Source of the DNA: Hyphochytrium catenoides
Taxonomy: Eukaryota; Protista; Hyphochytriomycota
Length of the DNA: 48,494 bases
Reading direction: 5' to 3'
Assembly: GCA_900088475.1 (NCBI GenBank)
Contig: FLMG01003062.1
Span: 1-48,494 of the forward strand
Shown here one piece after another: positions 36,054 to 48,494 of the stretch. Both the position numbers and the translations under genes were made by a program. The notes beneath the pieces are model-generated. The model was not told where the DNA came from. It did no database searches and was given only the letters and a program-made list of their open reading frames with translations. Position 1 is the first letter of the stretch, and the number at the start of each line of letters is the position of its first letter.

Positions 36054-37580
36054 GCATGTGGACCTTGTTGAAGATCAAAAAGCATCAGCTACATAGCTTT
36101 CTGCGTAGGTACATGAGGATCGCTAAGAGCAGGTTTTACCGTCTCTTACTGAGATACATTCACTTACAAATAGGCTATCTGATAGCCAACAAACTAGAGC
36201 TAATGTTCGTGGCATCTACTTGCTGGTTCGCCCAGCGCCCATTCAATAGTGAATTTTCGGCCTCCTCCATGATGCAATAGCAATGTCTTGCCCTATTCAG
36301 TAAAGGAGCGTATTTGAACGGACGATGTTCATTGCTCTTCGTACAGCCTAGATGTTTGATCGGTCTCGATTGTATAGTTCAATGCAAAGAGGTGGAAGAG
36401 ACGTACGGACGTGGTAAACACGGAGGTAGAATATCAGTCCAACAAGCCGCCGTCGGCCTTCTACTACCTTCTACTACGATATGATCATATTATTTTCCTC
36501 CTCCTACGATGATGTGTGAATGAGATCGAATGCCGATGAAGGAGTGACAACCCACGCCACTTCAGCTCTCCAGCAGCAGCACCAATCACCGCCAGCCCAG
36601 CCCTCCCATCCTGCACTGCTTTCTAGACGATGCTTCAATCGAAACGGGTCCATCACAAGTCATCATTAGCTGGGTTTCGAAGACAGCTCGTCTGCTTGCT
36701 ACCGTAGGTAGGAGCAGTGATGAAGGCAAACAGTCTTCCCATTGAACAAGCGCCCATCATCATGAAGAACTGCATGTGCTAATAAGGTTATAGGAGGTTA
36801 TGGTATGGACAGAGGTGGTTCCACGTTCTATCGCTTTTTTGGTCTCTTATGTCCCTGCCATTTTATCCTCCCAATCAACTAATTGTCAGCCTTCAACTCC
36901 GCGAATAATAATGTCAGCTAGTAGCCTTATAGTACCGTACATGAACCTTTAGTGGTTGTAACAGACGGGCTACAAGACTATCGCCTATCGGACTTGGAAT
37001 GAACCCATTATGGTTTCCACTTTGAGAGGATAGCTGGTCAAGAGGGTTAGCTCTTGCACACTGGGGTGTAAGAGGTATCTCACCTCTGATGGAGAAAGAT
37101 TAGTAGGCGGTATCTTTTCAGGATTCTGGGCTAATCGCCTCCTACCTAAAGGTGCAGTACCCCATGGCTCTTGTGTGGGTGGTGTTAGAGAGTTTGATGG
37201 GCTGAGGGTGGTGGAACGAAGGAAATAGAACGAGAAGGCTTCCTACTACTTACAGTTAGTGAGTGTGTGTCCTTGGACAGGATGGAGGCGAGACAGAGCG
37301 TGAAAGAGATGAGAGGCTATGGTAACCATAGAGGTGGAAGTGGAAGAAAGAGGAGCAAAGAGAACTAGAAGAAGACGGCCTTATCCTTGGTATTGGCAAA
37401 CCCGTGCTGAGATCCCAGAACTGGCAAGGCGGTCGGTCGTGCATCGTGCATGATATCGTCGGTTCTGATACTTGAGATTCTCAAGCCCTGCTTTGGCTCT
37501 TCTCTCTCCCATCATTTCCCATTCTGCCACTGAGAAAGGAACCTGTATAGAGAGCTTCCATCCCCCTGACCGCATCCATA

Positions 37581-40500
37581 ATGACTGCTGCTACTGCTTC
37601 GACGTAAGTGATAGATAGAACAAGGCTTACTTCCCTACTGCACCGCTCCGCCTCATGTGGAAGACTGATGGGCTTTCCCTCGATCTGTCTTCGCTTTTGT
37701 GTGAGCCTCTGACAACTCCTTGGAACCCCTCAATGATCTCACGCTCCTTTACAGGCCGCGAAAGTACCGATTCTACCGTCATGACTTTGAGCCTCTGGTG
37801 ACGAAACCTCTTCACCTGGATCTCGCGTTTGATGTCTTGGAACATAGGGTAAAGATCTCACTTCTGAAGACCTATCTAGTCGACATGCCCGCCCAAACTA
37901 AAGACCTAAACATCGTGCAGGTTGAGGTCACCCAAAAGGCGACGTACGTCTATAATGGCCAAGAGCCTCTCTCAACTCTGAAGCTGAACTCCAAGGCACT
38001 AGAGGTTAAGTCCGTTGAGCGCTATAACAACTTCAAGGAGCTTGGCAACAGCAAGGATTTTGTGGGACTGGTCGCAAGTCTTGGCGAACCATCCCCACAG
38101 AAATACGAAGTCGATAAGAAGGATGACTTCCTTGTCATCCACCTCTCACCGCCTGTTGAGGTCTGTGTCTGCTGAGGGCCCAGCCACACGTCTTTCTCCC
38201 CCTCCTTCTTTTTTGGTTCCTGAGCCATTGGTTACCGTGTTTACACCGAGTAACACCTGACTTTGTTAGGGAGGAAAGGAGTTTTCACTGAAGATCGTGA
38301 CAGTTGCAACTCCAACTGAGAACATCTTAGAGGGCCTGTACTATGACTTCACTCCTGAGGGCAAGCCGCGCACTATAATCACACAGTGCCAGCAGTATGG
38401 CTTTCAGCGCATCGTGCCCTGCACGGATACCATGGACGCTAAGACGTACTACACGACAACCATCCTTGCAGATAAGCGTTACAGCAATGTCATCACCAAC
38501 GTGCGTAGACATGTGCTGCCTGCCACAATGGACCTATTCCTCTTCTGGCCTGTGCTCTCATCCACCAATCGCACTACTTCTTCCCTCTTAATCTATGTGT
38601 TTTGCCCGCGCTTCGAACCTACTTGTCATGTTTACATTACGTTTACGCAGGGAGATTTAGCTCCAGGCTATTTCGACGAACAGGGCAAGCCCATCTACCA
38701 CGATGCCACGGAGGTACGTACTCGACTGCCTCTTGTCCTCATAATTCCTGCGGGCATTCTGCATTTTTCTCTGTACTAATTATCACTGCTTCCTTACCCG
38801 TCGTCTGTCGCTACCTTCACAATGACATCGTCGTCGCTGCACATTTACGCACAGTTCCTGGGCAAGAAGGATGATACGAGGCATGTTATCAAGTACTACA
38901 ATCATCTGACATCAATGGCCCCTTACCTCTTTTTCTTTGGAGTGGGAACCTGGTAAGATATAGTGATTGAGAGTACTAAGGCAAAGAGAGGTAGCCCTCG
39001 GTCTAATGATTTTCATTAGGATCACCTACCGCAAGGAACTGGAGTACCCTGACGGAGATTCTTTCTTCCTGGAGCTATTGGTATACCCTGGTAATCCCCA
39101 TTCCTCTATAGTTCTCTTTCTTCCAAAGTGCCCTAGCCTCTCACGTTAGACGTCGCGTGAGAAGAGATATTCTCTGTCTTTTGCTGAAAGTTAGTATGGG
39201 AGTGCTGATCCTTCTCAATTGAGGAACCTATTTTTCGTCCCTAGGCCGCTGCACTCCTCAGCATGCGCGGGAGTCAATGTGGATGATGCATGACTCCATC
39301 CAATGGAACCTAGTCGGTAAGGATCCTTATGCATCTATGAATGTAACATTCGGTCTTCCTCGTCAGCAAAGTCTTTCATCCTTATCTCTAATGGAACTGG
39401 TGTAGCTACTGGTCCTGAGAGTACCGAGCGCGTAGCCGAGAAGGAAAGAATAATGGAGCTAATCAAGGAAAGGTGGGATACTATCTCGGGTAACGTGAGT
39501 GCTGTCTCAGCGGACTGAGGTTTTGAATGGTTTGATAGAGAGGCAATCAAAGCTAAGCAAGGGGAGACGGTCACCTCTTCCGAGGAGCCTGCCCCTTCTC
39601 TCAAGCCATTGTCAGAGGATGACAGTCAGCGCCTCTCAAGCATTCGAGGGGAGCTCGCGGCCCTGATCAAGAAGTGGAAGAAGACTGGGTACAAGTACAC
39701 GGGAGCAATCTACCGTGAAATTGCAATGGAGAACTCCAACTATGGGGGTAAGCGCGACGTGTGGGACAAATGAGGGGCGGTCTTGAGAACAATGGGCATT
39801 ATTTGCGGGGAAGATCAAAGTTTAGGGTTAAGGGGCTTGTCAGCGATTAAAAAGGTACTGGCTGACCATGAGAGTGAGAACCAACAACGACTAGATTTTA
39901 ACATGCGAAGTCTAAAGGCATAACGTTGACATTGTTCTTTGCTTTCTAGGTATGGAGAATGTGGGCAACACCACAATCGTATCGGCCGTAATTGCCCCTT
40001 CTAAGAACATGACGGACCAGCAGTACATGTACCAAGAGGGAGTAAAGATCCACGAGTTCTACCACAACATCAATGGCAGTGAAGTGACAGGTACACCAAG
40101 CAGCCAGCTATTGAGTTTACCTTCTTTTGAAAGCCTTCTTTTGGTGTGAGAGTGATGCGCCTTGGTTTGCTGTTTTATTCTTACAGGCCTGTAAGAACGG
40201 CTGATGAACTAAAGCTATTCACTACTTCCTTCAGGACAAAGCCCTTTCGAGATTTGGCTTAATGAGGCTGTCACCGTTCACATCCAGCGCCAAAGGGAGG
40301 CAGAGCTCTTTGGAGAAGACTTCATGCGTCTTTCCACTCTTCAGAGAGCGTTTACCCCAGTGGTAGGCCCTATTGCGCAGGACAGGTAAGGGGGAAGTTT
40401 GAAGAGTTCGAGTAGAAATGCCCACCTAGCGACATCGCAGAGAGAATGACGCCACGAGGGCTGAGGTAGACTTGTATGAAGACGGCAAAGTTAGAGGGCT

Positions 40501-43500
40501 ACTTGTCTAGAGGGCAAAGGGGAAATAGTTCTTCGTCGGAAGGTTCCACGAGTAAGAAGGTGCGAACTAACTTTGCCCATCGGTGTCTGGCTTCAACAGG
40601 ACCGCCACCAGCATGTCTATTGAGCCCGTGGGCTTCAATCAGACCCAGGAGCTGGTATCAGCTGTTACCTACTCGAAGGCACCGGAGGTAGTTAGGATGA
40701 CGGAGCTTCTGTGCACCAAGCCAGTATTCAACAAGGGTCTGGACCACTACTATACCAAGTACCGTTATGGCAATGCTACGACTATGGATTGGTTTAGATG
40801 TATGGAGGAGGCCTCTGGCCTTGACCTTAAGAACTTTCAAGAGGGATGGCTCAAAAGAACTGGGTATCCAGATCTCGAGTACAAGGGAGCCTACGACAGG
40901 TGAGCATTCTTGGGCCAATCGTTTTTAGTCCAAGATAGAGAAGAAAAGAGGAGAAACGTGGAAGGGGAAGGGCTAATAGCGGGCCGTCAAGGTGCTGAAG
41001 CCTTGAGAGCAAGCATGCTGACATGTCTTTTTCATATGATGACCCGCACTGCAATTTCCAATGTGCCATAGAGTACTCTTTTATCTAAGCATCTCGCCTT
41101 TTGATCTCATCCCTAGCAACACTGGTTCATACACTGTTGAGCTGAAGCAAAAGGGCTTTGAGGACTTCGAAACAAACAACCAGCCATGGGAGATTCCTGT
41201 GGACTGGGCGCTAATCAAGGATGGCGCGGTCATTAGCCAGGGTGAGTCCATTGAGCTAGACACTCTAAACATATAATGGCCAAGGGCTTGAGCTAGACCC
41301 TCTTCCGTGGTCACACGCTATGGGATAGAGTAGAAGCCAATCACTTCTTGAAGGGACAGCACTCTCGCATTGCATCCGTGCGCAGTTTAGCTCTTTATCT
41401 GACTATCTGGGCCGACATCACTCACTCTTCTTGATTGACGGGCTATGCCCCCGTTTGCTCACCTTGGCCCTTCTCCGCTCGATCAGGTGTCTACCGCTTT
41501 GTGAAGGCCGAGGACCAGCTGATTATTGAAGGTATCTCTCAAGAGCCTGACTACATCTCCGTTGCTAGAGGCTGGAGCTTCTTTGGCAAAATCAAGAATG
41601 TTGGACCGAATGCCTATGAGGAGCAGGTCAAGCAAGCTTTATCTGATCCTGACGCAGCCAACAAGTTCTTTGCATACCGGTAAACGACTCATCAGCTCCT
41701 TAGAGTCAGCTCTCTCTGTGGTCTATGTAGGCCCCTGAACTGATTCTCCGCTATCCTGCGCTCGGCCCATTCTGTAGAGTTAGAGAATGATATGACTGAA
41801 TCACGACCTTGTAGACTTGGACTTTAAGCTCTGCTAATTACTCCTCGATCTCTATCCATAGTGCTATAGCAGATGCTGAGAAGGCTAAGGTCATTGAGGC
41901 CCTTCTGGCCAAGAAGGTATCGTCGGAAGCTCTAATCTCATGCATTCGCGTTGGGAGCTTTACCCCTTGTGTTCAGTCTGACTGCAAAGTATCAATCTTG
42001 TGTGCAATCTCTGTCTCATGACCTTTTGGTACGTTGCTTACCTCTCCTCTCACTGCGACCATTACTCGGTCAGACTCCTGTTGAGATCTCTCCAGAATTT
42101 GTGGACCTTTTTGCCAAGATCTTATTCAATGAGGATCTCAGTTTCGGTTGCCGCGCTCTGATGCTAAGTGAGGGGGACAGTATCCCAAGTAGGCCAGATT
42201 TGGAGTAAGTTTGCTCTGCGGAAAGGCATCGTAGCGTCTTCAACAAATGTGACGGAAACTCTGAGTCCTCTCCGAAGTTGGTGATTTGTGGCATCTCATA
42301 CAACAATCTTGCCTGCTCCGGACTGTTTTGCTCGTAGGCACCACTATCGCGAGCTGTCTTCTGCCTGCTCCGGACTGTTCCAGGCCGTGTGGGACGCTCA
42401 CTCTGAGCAGATTTACGACTTGTACAATGCACTGAAGGCAGCGTCGGAACCCGGACCGTTCCTTTCTTATCTTCCTCAGCGACAACTGAGGGTCCTTCTG
42501 CTCGGTATTGGCATCCGCCTGCGCTTCTTATTATCTGCGTCTTCCCGCATGGACCTTTGCATGCTATTGGATCCTTCATTGCTTCTGAAAAGAACACCTA
42601 CAGCTGCAATATCCTTCATCTCCCCTCGCGACTCGCTCCTCCCGGCACTGCCTTCAGAATCCCTGCGAGGTTGAGTTCACTGAAGTGGATCTTGTTTTTT
42701 CTTCTCATTCTAGGCCTTATGGCTGCTGGCTCCGCTGAGGCCTCGGTGATTGTTCGCAAGGGCGAACCCATAATGGTGGATTTCCCTGCCGTCGCTCGCC
42801 ATGTCTTGGAGCACTCCGCGTTCATGACGGAGAAGGCATACGCTCTGAGGAAGTTCCTTGAAAGCTCGGCCAGCCAAGAGGACAAAAGCCAGGTAACGTC
42901 ACTTTGACATCTCACGGGATTGCCATTCTCTGTTTACTGAGAAATAGGCATATGACTTTGTTGTTTTACCCGCTGTCAAGCGACGTTGCGGGCAAGGGGT
43001 CATGTACTTTACTCGCTTTGTTCTTTTGCTGAAAACCTCGCTTCCCGCAAGTGGTCTCTAGAGCCCTTGAAAGACATGGCTTATGGATACTGTCACTGTT
43101 ATAAAGCTTATATCCCCCTACAGTATCATGGCTTCAAGCCAGTCGCTCCATCGCCGACTAACAAGGTGGCTTCGTTCCTAACAGGTTCAGAAGAAGGTTA
43201 GAGATGAGTGGTGCGAGGATGATGGAGCGTGGGCAACATACATCCCTCAAATAGCTGTGCTAGACACAGAAGACGTCTGTGACCAGGTCAGACAGCTCAT
43301 GAAGGACCCGAAGTTTGTGTTATCCAGAGCAGCACACGCCAGGTATGGCAACAAATGGAACTAGGCGGAAGATTATTTTGTTTAGGGGAAAGGGAAACAG
43401 TCAGCTGCCGACGATTTAGACAGTAAGACGACCTTTAAGGAATACTCCTGACGGTGCCGATGGGCGGGGGGAAACAGCTGGGAGAGGAAGATATGCAGAC

Positions 43501-43991
43501 TGGCAGTACATGACAAGCTCTATTATTTCCTGTCTCTTACGGCTATTCACCGGCATTCCCATTGATGCTGCATGCAGGAACATCTGTGGTGCCTGGGGCT
43601 CGAACAGAAAGCGCTCTCTCTTAACTGACGACGGCCTAAATCTGACCGTTGATATGTTGCTTACTGTTGGCAAAGTCAACGAGATGTCTGCGTACGCCAT
43701 CCTCAGAGCATTTGATGGATTGGGTAAGTTTTTGCTGGTCTATAGCGACGGGACTTCCGTTACCGTCGTGTCGCATTACTTCTCTCGTTAGCGAACAGCT
43801 TGTACTCAGTGGTATCAGCTTCTGGTCTGTCGTTCATACATTCGCTCATATGCCATTTTTTTACAGCCAAGATGGACAAGTCCAGGCAGGAAAAGCTGAT
43901 CACAGCCCTGAAACGTATGCGTGATGGCCTTGATGCCACAACTCAGAAGTCGCTCTACAACCAGCTTTCCATGATCCTGGAGAAGTGCTAA
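37581..43991 (+). CDS. pepN: M1-family aminopeptidase N (PepN-like zinc alanyl aminopeptidase)
   Basis: MTAATAST-PRKYRFYRHDF..HLDLAFDV; LEGLYY..ITQCQQYGFQRI; MAPYLFFF; exopeptidase motif YGGMENVGNTTI; zinc motif HEFYH followed by WLNEAVTV; VTYSKAPEVVRM; GWLKRTGYP; SVARGWSFFG; ends ILEKC-TAA at 43991. Roughly 20 GT-AG introns. Confidence 0.93.
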
Positions 43992-45492
43992 AACAGCTGA
44001 GGACCACAGCTCACTATTGCACAAGCCAAATGGAACCTTGTTGCGTGCATGAGAGAGTATTGGAAGCAGATGAGATAACCTCTAAATTGACTGTATGGCC
44101 TAATAAAAATGGGTTTTATGGTGACTTTGCTTCTAGGAGTGTTGCGCCACATGCTCACTTTCTTACGCTGTTTTCCTTGACATGCTACTTACCGTCCTCA
44201 GCTATTAATTCTATCCAGTGCCCCATCCTGGGAGGTCTCAGCTAACGTACTCGCCCTAAGAATTTGTCAGTCATACTTGTATGGAGTACTCCTTTCAAAC
44301 GAGTGCCTTCTCATCACTGTCGAGCTTGGTTCTTTATGTCTAGGTACTGCGGATGTATTGCAGTGTCTAACTCATTATGCCCACAACAGGGAGCTTGGAA
44401 CTCTCAGAAACAAGATGCTCGATGTAAGCAAAAGACAAATCTGGTGCTCGCTGCACGAGGCTTCAAGAGCACCTCGCTGCGTCTCCTTCGCTGAAGATAA
44501 CTATGTGATGAGCTCTGCGGATGAACTGCGGCCCAAAGTCATTTGCTGATGTTTCTCAATAATAATGATGCGCTCTCCACATCCCAAGCCCATCAACAAC
44601 ACCAAAGTCAATCACATCACTGATAGACGGAGTGTAGAAGAGTAATATTCCCAATGATTTCAAAGTCTATTCATGATTGACGCACCGAAGCCTTTTCTTC
44701 GAACTCTGAGGAGACAAAGGTATAAGATCCGTTGTCTGCAAGTCGTCCGTTACATCGTCCAATCAGTGGGTGGAGAGGTGAGGAACCTGAGTCTTGGCTG
44801 GGCAGCAGCAGCTCCCTCAACTCCTTCTCGTGAGCTCTACTCGAGGTGAAATTGCGCTATAACCCAGATCTTGGCGTGTTCCCTATCCTCCCACGCTTCC
44901 TTCGATGTTGGCTGCTAGGGCGTGTTACCTTCTACCCTGTCAGTAAGTACTCCCAGCCATTTGCAGTGCTGTATGATCACAAGATGAGGACAACCTATAG
45001 TTGTACCATAAGGGAAGCAGAGAGGGGCCTTCACTGGGACAAGTAGATAGGCAAATATGATGGCATTGGCTGCAAAGGCCATACATAACTCCTTAGATGG
45101 GATCGAGACAAACCCATCTCTGGTCGAGGATGGGTGCAATCCCTGACTGTGTAGCTGCGTGGGCAGAGAGTAACTTGGGTGCATCTGACCTTCTTGTCCC
45201 ATCCCTCTTGCTGCACACTTGGGCTGGGGACTGCTTCCACTGGCCGTGACGTTTGAGCGTACTCTGTATATGACTGACAACTTTTGTGGTTTGCGTGACT
45301 CCGTCCATCTGATATCACTCAGACTGCTAGTGCCGCCTCCATCAATGGGAAACGAATAGCTGAATCATATTTCCTGGCACAATTGATACTTAGCTGCGGT
45401 AATCAGGCACCAGGCAGAAAAGGCAAGACCTACGAATAGTCTCTCTGCGGGGCGGCCCCATAAAGTCCTACAAGCAGAAGACCACTCAGAAG

Positions 45493-47304
45493 ATGATTGT
45501 ACCACCCAGGGACAACAATAGTGACTTTGTTGGGAAGACGAAGTGGACTTCTGCTGGAGCTTCGTCCAATGACATGGCGCTCAAGTCCGCAAAATTTATC
45601 ATTGAAGAAGAACCTCAGGACGTTGATACCGGTGGCGGAGATGTTACCGAGTCGGCCTTCGACGAAGACATTGAGAAGCAGAAACTGCTAGGCTGCAGAC
45701 ATGGCCAGGAGGAGAAGCCAAGACCAAAGCTAACTCTTGACGTTCGGTTACTGAATGCTGTAGGACTCGGGAAGTCTTCAGCATTATCGCCGATTAATCG
45801 TGGGCCAGTTCCGTTACTCGGTACGCATGGACATGGAATCATACCAGACAAGGCTCCAGGGACTGAGATGCCTCAAATGCAGCCTATTAGGGGCGTAGCT
45901 CTGATCATCTTCTCGTGCTTTCTATTCAGTCTGATGTCGTGCTGCGTGAAGGTAAGAGCGTAAAGAATTGTAAAAGTAGATGGCCCAATCTCTTACCCTC
46001 TCATTCTGCGGTGGCGGTTCCCGCTTCCTTTCGAATGCGCTCTCTGCAGTTTGCCAAGACTGACATGACCCTGTATGAGATCACCTTCTACAGGGCGTTA
46101 TGGGGTGGCGTCACAAACTATGTGAGCAGACTGTATACCGCATCCTGGCAAATCCACTATTCTGACAATTATTGGCTTTTAGTTCCTGGCCCTTATCTAT
46201 AAGACCAAACTATGGGGTCCTTCAGAATGCCGAATGCTGCTTATCCAACGAGGAATCTTTGGTGCTATCAGTCTGATGCTGGGGTTTTCTGTTGCGATGA
46301 GTTTAAGCCTCGGGGACACACAAGCGCTGAATGCCATGACCCCTGTGTTCACCTTCTTCCTGGTAATAATTCCATCGACGTCATTGTTGTTATAGGTTTC
46401 TCTCTCGCTGTCTGTCTGTCTTACTGTTTTATCCTTGAAGCTATATTGTCCAAATGCTCCCCTCCTCTGGTCTCGCCTTCTTCGACTGCAGCTCGTTTGT
46501 TCTTCTGTGACACTCACACATCCTCTGCCCGTTCAGGCTGCCGTTTTCTTAAAGGAGTCGGTAACAAAGCTCAGCGTCTGCTCCGCATTGGTAGCATTTA
46601 TTGGCATTCTCTTCATTGCACGACCACAGTTTCTCTTCGGTGTCCACGAAGTGGCGGCACATGAAGCTCAAGGGGCGGAGCGGACTATGGCTATCGTACT
46701 AGCCATCGTTAACTGTTTCTTCGGAGGCGCATCTTACGTGGTCATCCGAAAGCTTGCGGGAATGGCACATCCGCTTGTCATCGTACATTATTTTAATATG
46801 GCTTCTCTTATTTTAACCTTCATTCTAGGCGTATCCATGCGGGTAAGTCGTTCTCCACTTGTGGCGTTATTCCACGGTAACTCTTACGCGAGGCTCCAGC
46901 ATGTCAATATTCCTAGCTCAGCGGCCCCCTATCTCACAACGTTCTTTGCGGGTTTGCTGGGAGGGCTTGGCCAGGTAAGGAAAGATGTTACAGAGCATTA
47001 TTTATGGCCTGTTCTGATTGCGATCATCTCCCTCTTGGATACCAAGTTCTATATGACAAGGGGGATGGCCTTAATAGAAGCTGGACCAGCTGCCGTCATC
47101 CAGAATACTTCATTAGTCTTTGGATTCTTAAGCGATGCTATCATTTTCCACGGGGCTATCAACCCATTGAGCGTCCTAGGCGCATTCATTCTTGCTATTT
47201 CGGCACTCATCGTCACTGTGGAGAAGATGCGACTCAACAATAAGGCAGCCAGTGCAGTGCAACACACAGACACTAATGCTGCAACAAGTAAGGTTAAGCA
47301 CTGA
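45493..47304 (+). CDS. EamA/DMT drug-metabolite transporter (SLC35G-like)
   Basis: Hydrophilic N-terminus, then multiple TM helices: RGVALIIFSCFLFSLMSCCVK, EITFYR, RGIFG, LSLGDTQAL..MTPVFT, FLKE, GILFIARP.FLFG, YVVIRKL, G..GQ, EAGPAAVI, LGAFILAIS. Four or more introns. Stop TGA at 47304. Confidence 0.9.
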
Positions 47305-48034
47305 GAAGCTTTTGGCTCCACTTCTATTATAAGCATCAGAATAGCGGATCAACCTAGTCTAAGCTATAAGCCTATAAACCCCAGCTCAGGCTCACCAAAA
47401 GACTTGTTCATCAGCGATAGACCCCTCTCCTCTTCACACCTCGTTCTATTCATAGCATTGAGTGGTTAGTAGGACGAGGGCTGGCGCCATAAGTCCGTGC
47501 CTCACTCGTCCAAGCGACGCCCGTGCTTCACAAGGGATCTTTTGAGTGCGGAGGATGGAAGGAGTGCAGAGAATCCAAGGATAAACCACAGAAATCGAGT
47601 TCTTATGTATCTGTACCTGCTCACGAGGGTCAACTTGAATGCAAAATGCTAGCTCTTGTAGCTCTTATATCTTGTATTAGGGTCGGCTCTAAGGGATATC
47701 AGAGCGAAACTTCCCGTCTGTAACGGATGGTAACCTCCAGAATAGATCCCGAATAATAGCGGAATTGGGGAGCGCATATTAGGATTATGAGATTATAGAT
47801 TCTGGACTTTGTCCTGGTGGTTTTTCTACTCTGTAACGAGGGTTCAGCACACACGCTCCCGGCTGGGGCACAGGGCAGAGGGGAGGAGGGCAAGGTGTAG
47901 GTTTACAGCTTGCCGCCAAGCGCTGCTCGTCGTGACGCTCCGCGCGGCGAGCCAAGCCAAGGTAATTTGAGCTGTCAGACGTCGTTTGGCATTGAGAAGG
48001 CTCCATCTCCGCTCGAGCACGAAGGCAGAGAAAG

Positions 48035-48494
48035 ATGAGCGATCCTAGCGTGAGTGCTGTTCCAGACGAGCCTTTAAGTGTGGAGGAGGCCAAGCAAAAG
48101 AGGCGACGGCGTATTATTATAGGATGTATCGTGGCTGCTACCTGTATGCTTGCTATCATTATCGGTGTGTCGGTTGGCTCGAGTATGCGAGACAGTGACC
48201 CCACCGGAAACTCATTTCAGAATGGTGCTCCAGATCTTCAGCAAGGAGCGTCCACTAGCGTCTCTAGTGGTTACAATAACGGCAATGGAGGCGGAGAGTC
48301 GAGTGGAGCGATTGCATCGGCAGGAGGTGAGGGCAATGCTAACGCTAATGGCGCCTTCACAGTCGAGGGTCAGCCCGGGACTGGAGGCATAGAACAGGCA
48401 CAGACACAAGCTCCTACGCCGGAGCCAACGCCCATGCCTACCCCTGCCCCAACACCTGAGCCCACTCCGGCTCCAACGCCCGCGCCAACCCCAG
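48035..48494 (+). CDS. 5' part of a type II single-pass membrane protein with Gly/Ser/Asn linker and Pro-Thr stalk (truncated by window end)
   Basis: Frame open from ATG 48035 to the last base: MSDPSVSAVPDEPLSVEEAKQKRRRR-IIIGCIVAATCMLAIIIGVSVG-SSMRD...QAPTPEPTPMPTPAPTPEPTPAPTPAPTP. A basic cluster directly precedes a hydrophobic helix. Upstream exons are possible. Confidence 0.8.
   Translation, partial: MSDPSVSAVPDEPLSVEEAKQKRRRRIIIGCIVAATCMLAIIIGVSVGSSMRDSDPTGNSFQNGAPDLQQGASTSVSSGYNNGNGGGESSGAIASAGGEGNANANGAFTVEGQPGTGGIEQAQTQAPTPEPTPMPTPAPTPEPTPAPTPAPTP
48412..48494 (+). repeat. Coding 12-bp-unit repeat encoding (PTPx)n
   Basis: CCN ACN CCN + GAG/ATG/GCN units with synonymous third-position variation. 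Confidence 0.85.

Noticed and set aside
37051-37074. 9-bp hairpin CTCTTGCAC/GTGTAAGAG upstream of pepN
   Set aside because: A short stem with a G-U pair is expected by chance, and no tRNA, snRNA or SECIS features are recognisable.
44000-45480. ORFs of 66-121 aa between pepN and the EamA gene
   Set aside because: No motifs, coding-like composition or coherent exon chain detected.
1-48494. CRISPR arrays, rRNA/tRNA genes, intact transposons, prokaryotic operons or defence systems
   Set aside because: No regularly spaced repeats, RNA-gene signatures, transposase/RT/integrase motifs or terminal repeats were seen; the window consists of spliced eukaryotic genes.

Overview
Eukaryotic, intron-rich genomic DNA with short GT-AG introns and a standard genetic code (TAA, TAG and TGA all end genes). 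The source is probably a flagellated protist, tentatively a stramenopile; this is inferred from the MOK/LF4 kinase and the style of the frataxin-like paralog. The ORF track shows only exon fragments, so I spliced genes by eye; internal exon boundaries and several 5' ends are provisional. Twelve genes are supported, in order: a golgin-like coiled-coil protein with an internal GOLD domain (+), MOK/LF4 kinase (+), a divergent frataxin-like protein (-), a membrane-anchored UDP-glycosyltransferase with degenerate catalytic motifs (+), a C2-myotubularin-FYVE phosphoinositide phosphatase (-), BOLA2 (-, absent from the ORF track), a Gfo/Idh/MocA oxidoreductase (+), a nucleoside hydrolase (+), an intronless PTC7-type PP2C (-), an M1 aminopeptidase N (+), an EamA/SLC35G transporter (+), and the start of a type II membrane protein with a Pro-Thr stalk (+, truncated by the window end). 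I found no rRNA, tRNA, CRISPR array or intact mobile element, and no convincing multi-gene novel system. The best leads are single-gene novelties: the C2-myotubularin-FYVE architecture, the probable pseudo-enzyme UGT, the divergent frataxin paralog and the atypical PepN.
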